Below the pieces are notes generated by a model. The model had not been told where the DNA came from, searched no databases, and saw nothing but the letters and a program-made list of their open reading frames with translations. The translations under genes were made by a program, and so were the position numbers. A stretch of 56,971 bases of DNA, from NCBI GenBank assembly GCA_030065195.1, contig JASJDE010000004.1, positions 1 to 56,971 of the forward strand, in the 5' to 3' direction. This document shows, piece after piece, positions 49,823 to 56,971 of this stretch. The stretch's first letter is position 1. The number at the start of each line of letters is the position of its first letter. This DNA is from Erythrobacter sp. Its GTDB lineage: Bacteria > Pseudomonadota > Alphaproteobacteria > Sphingomonadales > Sphingomonadaceae.

Positions 49823-50373
49823 GCGATCCTCCGCGAACGCGCCAAACGGAACATGTCCAGGCGGGCCACCATACGGGCGAAGACCGGGTATAGCAGGATC
49901 GACAAAGCGATCTGCGGCACTGCGGCGAGCAGCAGGTGAGGGGTCATGGACGCGCCGGATACCACCATGGCCACGACGACATACGCCACGATCGCTAGAC
50001 TGGCGGTGAACCAGTCCTGCCAGAATCCTCGCCATGGAAATCGGGTCTCGATCAATTCCAGCACGATCATGGTGATCGACCATAGCATGACGGCGCTGCC
50101 GAACGGCTGGCCGCTGAAGAGATCGTCGAACGCTCCGAGCGGCACACCGACCCACAAGGGCAGCAGGCCGGGCCGCATGATCCTCCATCCGATCAAAAAG
50201 AGGAATGCAATCGGCGGGACGACCGGCATCACGTCGGCAAGAAAGAGGACGGGCAGGAGCGAGCCCAGCATGATCGTAACGTAGGGGACGGTAAGGGCGC
50301 GCCAGGGCGATTGGACGCGGTTGATCCGGCTGCCGTAGCGATCGGCGCGCGCTGTGGGATTGAGCCGTTCCAT
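49819..50373 (-). CDS. mreD: Rod shape-determining protein MreD
   Basis: Multi-TM protein with GAFDDLFSGQPFG; position between mreC and mrdA. Confidence 0.88.
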   Translation of the reverse strand: MERLNPTARADRYGSRINRVQSPWRALTVPYVTIMLGSLLPVLFLADVMPVVPPIAFLFLIGWRIMRPGLLPLWVGVPLGAFDDLFSGQPFGSAVMLWSITMIVLELIETRFPWRGFWQDWFTASLAIVAYVVVAMVVSGASMTPHLLLAAVPQIALSILLYPVFARMVARLDMFRLARSRRIA

Positions 50374-51263
50374 CACTCCGCCAGGGGCTCTTCTATCGGT
50401 GTCGCAGCCGCTTCGACGGCTTCGGGCTCGAAGATCGGTTCGACCGAGACGAAGTCGGTTGCGGACGGTTCGGCAATGAGCCTGGCGACTGCACCATCGG
50501 ACGTCACCTCGCTAACGATCGCAACTGCCATACCCGGCCGGTAGTATCCGCCAGCGCCGCTGGTAACGAACAGATCGCCTTCCTCCAACGGATTGGTGCC
50601 AAGGTTGATCAGACGGATCCGCAACAGGCCGTCGCCACGGCCTTCGGCAAAGGCAACGACTTCGTCCTTGGCGCGGCGCACGGGAAGCACGCTTTCGCTG
50701 TCGGTCAGCAATAGGACTCGCGACGATCCGCGCGCGACTTCGAGGATTCGCCCAACGACCCCGCGTGCAGAATGGACGGGCATGCCCACTTCGATTCCAT
50801 CCACTCGGCCCACGCCGATCGCGGCAAATCGACGGCTGCTCGACGAACTCGAACCCACTAGCCGGGCAACCGCTACGGGTTCGGCTTCCCCCTCGGCAAG
50901 ATTGAGCAGCGCTTTCAGCCGTTCATTTTCCTGCTCGACCGACTTTGCTTCCTCGAGACGGATCCGCGCGAGTTCGACTTCTTCGCGCAATGCGGCATTC
51001 TGGCTGCCAGCACTGAGATAACCGGAAATGGCATCGAACAGATTGCCTGTCTCGTTCCGCACCATCGCGGTGCCTTCCCCTGCCGGTGCCACCACGTCGT
51101 TGGCGGCGCCGCGCAACGGGGCAAAGGAAGATGGCTGCCATAGCGAAAGTGCAAGCAGCCCAGCGCCTAGAAGAGCGCCGAGTCCGGCGAGCAAATATCC
51201 GGTGAAGACCGAATATTGGGCCTTCTTGGAATAGCTCGAATGACGCGATGATGGCGGCGCCAT
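50373..51263 (-). CDS. mreC: Rod shape-determining protein MreC
   Basis: TM, coiled coil ENERLKALL, VLLLTD and VTSG motifs. Confidence 0.93.
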   Translation of the reverse strand: MAPPSSRHSSYSKKAQYSVFTGYLLAGLGALLGAGLLALSLWQPSSFAPLRGAANDVVAPAGEGTAMVRNETGNLFDAISGYLSAGSQNAALREEVELARIRLEEAKSVEQENERLKALLNLAEGEAEPVAVARLVGSSSSSSRRFAAIGVGRVDGIEVGMPVHSARGVVGRILEVARGSSRVLLLTDSESVLPVRRAKDEVVAFAEGRGDGLLRIRLINLGTNPLEEGDLFVTSGAGGYYRPGMAVAIVSEVTSDGAVARLIAEPSATDFVSVEPIFEPEAVEAAATPIEEPLAE

Positions 51264-51302
51264 GGCCGGATATTTCCTTCTCTAATCTCCGCTAGCTGCG
51301 CA

Positions 51303-52442
<1,140 letters not shown>

Positions 52443-52534
52443 CTACGGAAAACGCCAAAAATTTTGTTGACGAGGATGGTAATTATGCACGGCAAGGCTC
52501 GAATTTGCGGCGTGCGAGGGCTAGCGTACGATTA

Positions 52535-54367
52535 ATGACCAAAATTCGCCGCCTTCCTTCCGATCTGGTCGACCGAATTGCCGCCGGCGAAGTGGTCGAA
52601 AGGCCCGCCGCCGCGCTTAAGGAGCTCGTTGAAAACGCCATTGATGCGGGTGCTCGGCGAATCGATGTGGCGCTGACAGATGGTGGCCTGACACGCCTCG
52701 AGGTCACCGATGACGGCTGCGGCATGATTGCGGAAGAGATAGCGCTGGCGCTGGAACGACACGCCACTTCCAAGCTGCCGGACGACGCGATCGAGCTGGT
52801 TTCGACGCTGGGCTTCCGCGGCGAAGCGCTACCCTCGATTGCAAGCGTGGCGCGCCTGACCATCGAAAGCCGGGTGCGCGATTCGAGCGAGGGTTGGAAA
52901 CGTGTGGTCGATCATGGCGAAATAGTCGAAGACGGCCCTGCAGCATTGCCTCCGGGGACACGGGTCCGCGTAGAGCAGCTGTTTGCGAAAGTGCCTGCGC
53001 GACGCAAATTCCTGCGCACGCCGCGCAGCGAATACATTGCCTGTCTCGACATCGTCCGTCGCCTGGCCATGGCGAGGCCGGAGATTGCCTTCACGCTGAC
53101 CAATGGTGCGGAAGGCAAATCGCGCACCGCGCTTTCGACTCAGATGGACGAGGAATTGCCAACGCGCGTTTCGCAAATCGTCGCACGCGAGCTGAAGGAC
53201 AACGCCGTCGAGATTGATCTCGCGCGCGAAACGCCGCACGGAACGATGCGCCTGTCCGGTCTTGCTGGCCTTCCAACCTTCAATCGCGGAGTTGCGGATC
53301 ATCAATATCTGTTTGTGAATGGCCGTCCCGTGAAAGATCGCTTGCTGGTTGGCGCGGTGCGCGGCGCCTATTCCGACATGCTGGCCCGCGATCGGCATGC
53401 AGTGCTGGCGCTGTTCCTGGAATTGCCGCCGCAGGATGTCGATGTGAACGTACACCCGGCCAAGACCGAAGTTCGCTTCCGCGATGCGAGTGGCGTCCGT
53501 GGGTTCATTGTATCCGGACTGAGACAGGCTCTGGCGACAGGCGACAGGCGCAGCGCGCAGGGGCCGGATCGTACGGCCATGGAAAGGTGGCAGGCTGAAC
53601 CGGTCGCGGCGGAGCCGAAACCGGCGCTCCGCTCAATTTTCGAAGGACGAGATTGGACTTCTTCCCAATCGACGGTGGGTTCGCCGCGTGCCGATTGGAA
53701 ACCGCAGGATCAGGCATTGCCAACGGGTCGGGCGGAATGGGCTGAACCGATGCCCGAGGATAGCGAGGACTATCCTCTCGGCATCGCGCGCGGGCAAGTC
53801 GCCAACACTTACATCGTTGCCGAGAGCAAGGATGGCTTGGTACTGGTCGACCAACACGCAGCACACGAACGGCTCGTGCTGGAACGGCTGAAAGCGTCTG
53901 GGGCAGGGGAGGCCGTTGCCCGGTCGCAGGCTCTCTTGGTTCCCGACGTGGTCGAGATGGATGAGGCCGATTGCGACCGGCTCGAAGAAGCCGCAGAGGG
54001 GCTTGCACGCTACGGGCTCGCGATCGAACGATTCGGTCCGTCCGCGATGTTGGTTCGTGCAGTGCCCGCCGCGATCGCAAAAGCCGATACGGGCAAGCTG
54101 CTGGCCGATCTCGCAGACGACATCGCCAAGCATGGCCAGCAGGAAGAGTCGGGGTCACTGCTGCTGGCCGAACGTTTGGAATACGTCTTGGCGACTATGG
54201 CCTGTCATGGATCTGTGAGGGCAGGGCGGGTTCTCAGCGTCGCTGAAATGAACGCGTTGCTACGCGAGATGGAAGCGACGCCGCGCTCAGGACAGTGCAA
54301 TCACGGACGCCCGACCTGGGTGAAACTGAGCATGGAACACGTCGAGAAACTGTTCGGGCGCCACTAG
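52535..54367 (+). CDS. mutL: DNA mismatch repair protein MutL
   Basis: IAAGEVVERP, GFRGEAL, DQHAAHER, ACH and CNHGRPT motifs. Confidence 0.97.
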   Translation: MTKIRRLPSDLVDRIAAGEVVERPAAALKELVENAIDAGARRIDVALTDGGLTRLEVTDDGCGMIAEEIALALERHATSKLPDDAIELVSTLGFRGEALPSIASVARLTIESRVRDSSEGWKRVVDHGEIVEDGPAALPPGTRVRVEQLFAKVPARRKFLRTPRSEYIACLDIVRRLAMARPEIAFTLTNGAEGKSRTALSTQMDEELPTRVSQIVARELKDNAVEIDLARETPHGTMRLSGLAGLPTFNRGVADHQYLFVNGRPVKDRLLVGAVRGAYSDMLARDRHAVLALFLELPPQDVDVNVHPAKTEVRFRDASGVRGFIVSGLRQALATGDRRSAQGPDRTAMERWQAEPVAAEPKPALRSIFEGRDWTSSQSTVGSPRADWKPQDQALPTGRAEWAEPMPEDSEDYPLGIARGQVANTYIVAESKDGLVLVDQHAAHERLVLERLKASGAGEAVARSQALLVPDVVEMDEADCDRLEEAAEGLARYGLAIERFGPSAMLVRAVPAAIAKADTGKLLADLADDIAKHGQQEESGSLLLAERLEYVLATMACHGSVRAGRVLSVAEMNALLREMEATPRSGQCNHGRPTWVKLSMEHVEKLFGRH

Positions 54368-54373
54368 GACATC

Positions 54374-54808
54374 GTGACCGCACTCCAGATCCTGCTGCTG
54401 CTCAATGCAATCTGGTATGCCATGGGCTTCTACGCGTTCTATGTGCGTCGCAATGTGTTCGGCAAAGTCTTGGTCCCGAACCGGGAACACCGCTCGAACT
54501 CCGCCTACGAAGCCTTGGTTGAAAGCGGACGCTTCATGGGCGGCTTCAATTTCGCCTTGTCAGCCCTCAACGTGATGCTGCTGTTCAATATAGGCGGGTT
54601 CGAGTCTGGCGGCCAATGGGCGACCCTGCTGGTGTTCAACGCGCTAGCGCACGGATCGCAGTTCGCCGGCAATATCCCAATGGCGCTGGAGAATCGTCGC
54701 GGGAAGGGCCTTTGGAACGTTTTCAAAGGCGTAATGCTGAGAATTTTCGTGATCGATTTCGTTCTAATGGTGGCGAACGCCGCTTTTGCGCTGGCCCTAT
54801 TTACCTAG
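54374..54808 (+). CDS. Hypothetical membrane protein
   Basis: About four hydrophobic segments; GTG start 7 nt after mutL. Confidence 0.65.
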   Translation: MTALQILLLLNAIWYAMGFYAFYVRRNVFGKVLVPNREHRSNSAYEALVESGRFMGGFNFALSALNVMLLFNIGGFESGGQWATLLVFNALAHGSQFAGNIPMALENRRGKGLWNVFKGVMLRIFVIDFVLMVANAAFALALFT

Positions 54809-54816
54809 CGCTTTCG

Positions 54817-55281
54817 TCAATCCTCTATTGGTGCGTTGGGTTCTCGCACAAGCACAAGTCCGACATTAATCGACTGCATTACCAGCTCGTCGTTCTGGTT
54901 GAAGACCTGTATGCGATTCTTGGTGAGACCAAGCTCCGGCCGCGACTTGCTCCTCCGCTTTTCGACGATCTCGGTTTCGACCCGCAGGGTGTCGCCAGCG
55001 TGGACGGGTTTCTTCCAGAGCAATTCATCGAGGCCCGGCGATCCGAGGCTCGCATGTTTGACGTTGTTCATGTTCTCCACGAGCATCGCCATACACATCG
55101 CTCCGGTGTGCCATCCGCTCGCCGAAAGTTTGCCGAAATGTGTTCCCGCTGCGCCTTCATCGCTGAGGTGGAAAGGTTGGGGATCGTATTTCGAGGCGAA
55201 CTCGATGATCTCCTCGCGGGTAACGTGGTAGCTGCCGAACGCTGCGCGTTGGCCGACTGCATAGTCCTCAAAGTACAGCAT
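54817..55281 (-). CDS. MaoC family dehydratase
   Basis: YDPQPFH, ASGWHT and WKKPVHAGDTL motifs. Confidence 0.9.
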   Translation of the reverse strand: MLYFEDYAVGQRAAFGSYHVTREEIIEFASKYDPQPFHLSDEGAAGTHFGKLSASGWHTGAMCMAMLVENMNNVKHASLGSPGLDELLWKKPVHAGDTLRVETEIVEKRRSKSRPELGLTKNRIQVFNQNDELVMQSINVGLVLVREPNAPIED

Positions 55282-55404
55282 AACATCTCCGTTTCAATTT
55301 GAAACTGGAATGCCATGTCGCGTGCCGGAGTGCCACTCACAAGTGTGAGAGGATGGTGACGTAGCGGAAGATGGGATTTGCGGCTGTTGCCCTTAGGGAA
55401 GGGC

Positions 55405-56505
55405 CTAGACGTTAAACTTGAACAGCATCACGTCGCCGTCCTGGACGAGGTAATCCTTACCTTCCTGGCGCAGCTTGCCCGCTTCCCGCGCGCCGCTTTC
55501 GCCGCCCAAGGCAATGTAATCGTCATAGGCGATCGTTTCCGCGCGAATGAATCCCTTTTCGAAATCCGTGTGAATTTCGCCCGCCGCCTGCGGGGCTTTC
55601 GCACCGTCGGGGAAGGTCCAGGCGCGCGATTCCTTGGGGCCGGCGGTGAAGAACGTCTTGAGGCCGAGCAACTTGTATCCGGCGCGGATTACGCGCGCCA
55701 AGCCGCTTTCTTCGAGACCCAGTGCTTCGAGATACTCAGCGCGGTCTTCCTGCGGCATTGCGATAAGTTCGGATTCGATCGCAGCGGAAACGACTACGGC
55801 CTCGGCGCCTTCGACTTCGGCTTTGGCGAAGACCTTGGCTGAGAGTTCGTTTCCGTCTGCGGCGTCGTCTTCGGCGACATTGCAGACATACAACACAGGC
55901 TTGGCGGTCAGCAGCTGCGCTTGCGCGAACAATCGCGCTTCTTCGTCGTCCTTTGGCTCCGTAAGGCGGGCCGGCTTGCCGTCCTTCAGCAGTTCAAGCG
56001 ACTGGCCGAGCACGCTGGCGAGGGTCTTCGCCTCCTTGTCTCCTGCCGTTGCGCGCTTTTCTGCATTCGATACGCGCTTCTCCAGGCTTTCGAGATCGGC
56101 GAGCATCAATTCGGTCTCGACCACTTCGGCATCGGCGATTGGATCGACTGCGTTGGCGACGTGCTGGATGTCGTCATCCTCGAAACAGCGCAGCACGTGA
56201 ACGATCGCATCGACTTCCCGGATGTTGCCAAGGAACTGGTTGCCCAGGCCTTCGCCCGCGCTTGCGCCCTTTACGAGTCCGGCAATGTCAACGAACCCGA
56301 GCTGGGTCGCGATCACCTTTGCGCTCTCCGCAATCGCCGCGATCCTGTCGAGCCGCTCGTCCGGGACGGCGACCTGCCCGACATTGGGCTCGATCGTACA
56401 GAAGGGGTAATTCGCGGCCTGCGCAGCCTGCGTCTCTGTCAGCGCGTTGAAAAGGGTGGATTTGCCGACATTCGGCAGACCGACGATCCCGCAACGGAAA
56501 CCCAT
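55405..56505 (-). CDS. ychF: Redox-regulated ATPase YchF
   Basis: GLPNVGKST, NYPFCTIEPN, DIAGLV and IHTDFEKGFIRAE motifs. Confidence 0.97.
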   Translation of the reverse strand: MGFRCGIVGLPNVGKSTLFNALTETQAAQAANYPFCTIEPNVGQVAVPDERLDRIAAIAESAKVIATQLGFVDIAGLVKGASAGEGLGNQFLGNIREVDAIVHVLRCFEDDDIQHVANAVDPIADAEVVETELMLADLESLEKRVSNAEKRATAGDKEAKTLASVLGQSLELLKDGKPARLTEPKDDEEARLFAQAQLLTAKPVLYVCNVAEDDAADGNELSAKVFAKAEVEGAEAVVVSAAIESELIAMPQEDRAEYLEALGLEESGLARVIRAGYKLLGLKTFFTAGPKESRAWTFPDGAKAPQAAGEIHTDFEKGFIRAETIAYDDYIALGGESGAREAGKLRQEGKDYLVQDGDVMLFKFNV

Positions 56506-56580
56506 GGGTATTCTCTTTCAGAACTGGAAAGCGCGCCGCTTAGCGGGCCGAGCCGGTTTTGACCAGTCGGGTGTTCGGCG

Positions 56581-56971
56581 TCAGGCGTTGTGAACCGCCT
56601 TGATCCAAGGGCCGAATGGCGTGTTGCCAAGCCACTCCGTCTGCACCTTGGCAGTCATTTCGTTGATCGGAACCTGCGGTTTGCTGCCAGGATGCACGGG
56701 GCGACGCAGCGGACGCGAACCGGCAGGCATTGCGATCACCTCTGCCATGGCGCGCGGAACGTCCATCGGATCCGTCGAGCCTCCTCCGGTTCTCTTTCCA
56801 AGAAGAGACACCAATTGCGGATAGCCCGCAGTGTGCTTTTCCTCTGCTCGCTCAAGGAGCTCGAGACTGTTCTTGTTGGAATTCGACCAGATCATCGTCG
56901 GATATCCGCCCGGCTCGATCACGGTCACATCGATGCCGTGGGGTACCAGTTCATAGGCGAGTCCTTCGCTC
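56581..56971 (-). CDS. SDR family oxidoreductase (C-terminal part; 5' end outside window)
   Basis: EGLAYELVPHGIDVTVIEPGGYPT SDR C-terminal motif. Confidence 0.8.
   Translation of the reverse strand, partial: SEGLAYELVPHGIDVTVIEPGGYPTMIWSNSNKNSLELLERAEEKHTAGYPQLVSLLGKRTGGGSTDPMDVPRAMAEVIAMPAGSRPLRRPVHPGSKPQVPINEMTAKVQTEWLGNTPFGPWIKAVHNA

Noticed and set aside
49823-50188. N-terminal extension of the 822 aa PBP2 ORF
   Set aside because: Overlaps mreD in another frame; the GTG at 49822 gives a normal-length MrdA.

Overview
GC-rich alphaproteobacterial chromosomal window. Gene content and order fit Sphingomonadales, probably Erythrobacteraceae (inference). It is mostly core genome: purL, xseB-ispA, coaD-cyclophilin-queA, tgt, rpsD, nrdR, glyA, rpiB, dnaG-rpoD, carA-carB-greA, eno, ribB-ribH, tRNA-Lys(CTT), mreBCD-mrdA-rodA, mutL and ychF. 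No integrase, transposase, prophage, rRNA or CRISPR array was seen. Several accessory genes sit inside conserved gene clusters. Best leads: (1) a lipoprotein at 13414-14478 whose core follows the bacterial gasdermin pore-forming pattern but which carries an export signal and has no adjacent protease; (2) a RibB with an N-terminal HTH and a degenerate RibA domain, whose apparently leaderless promoter has a perfect palindrome in the -35/-10 spacer and no FMN riboswitch, a candidate autoregulatory enzyme; (3) an islet between rpiB and rpoD with an orphan ParA, three co-oriented orphan genes and a membrane-anchored patatin; (4) a structured rpsD 5' leader. All family assignments are by-eye motif recognition; no database searches were run.
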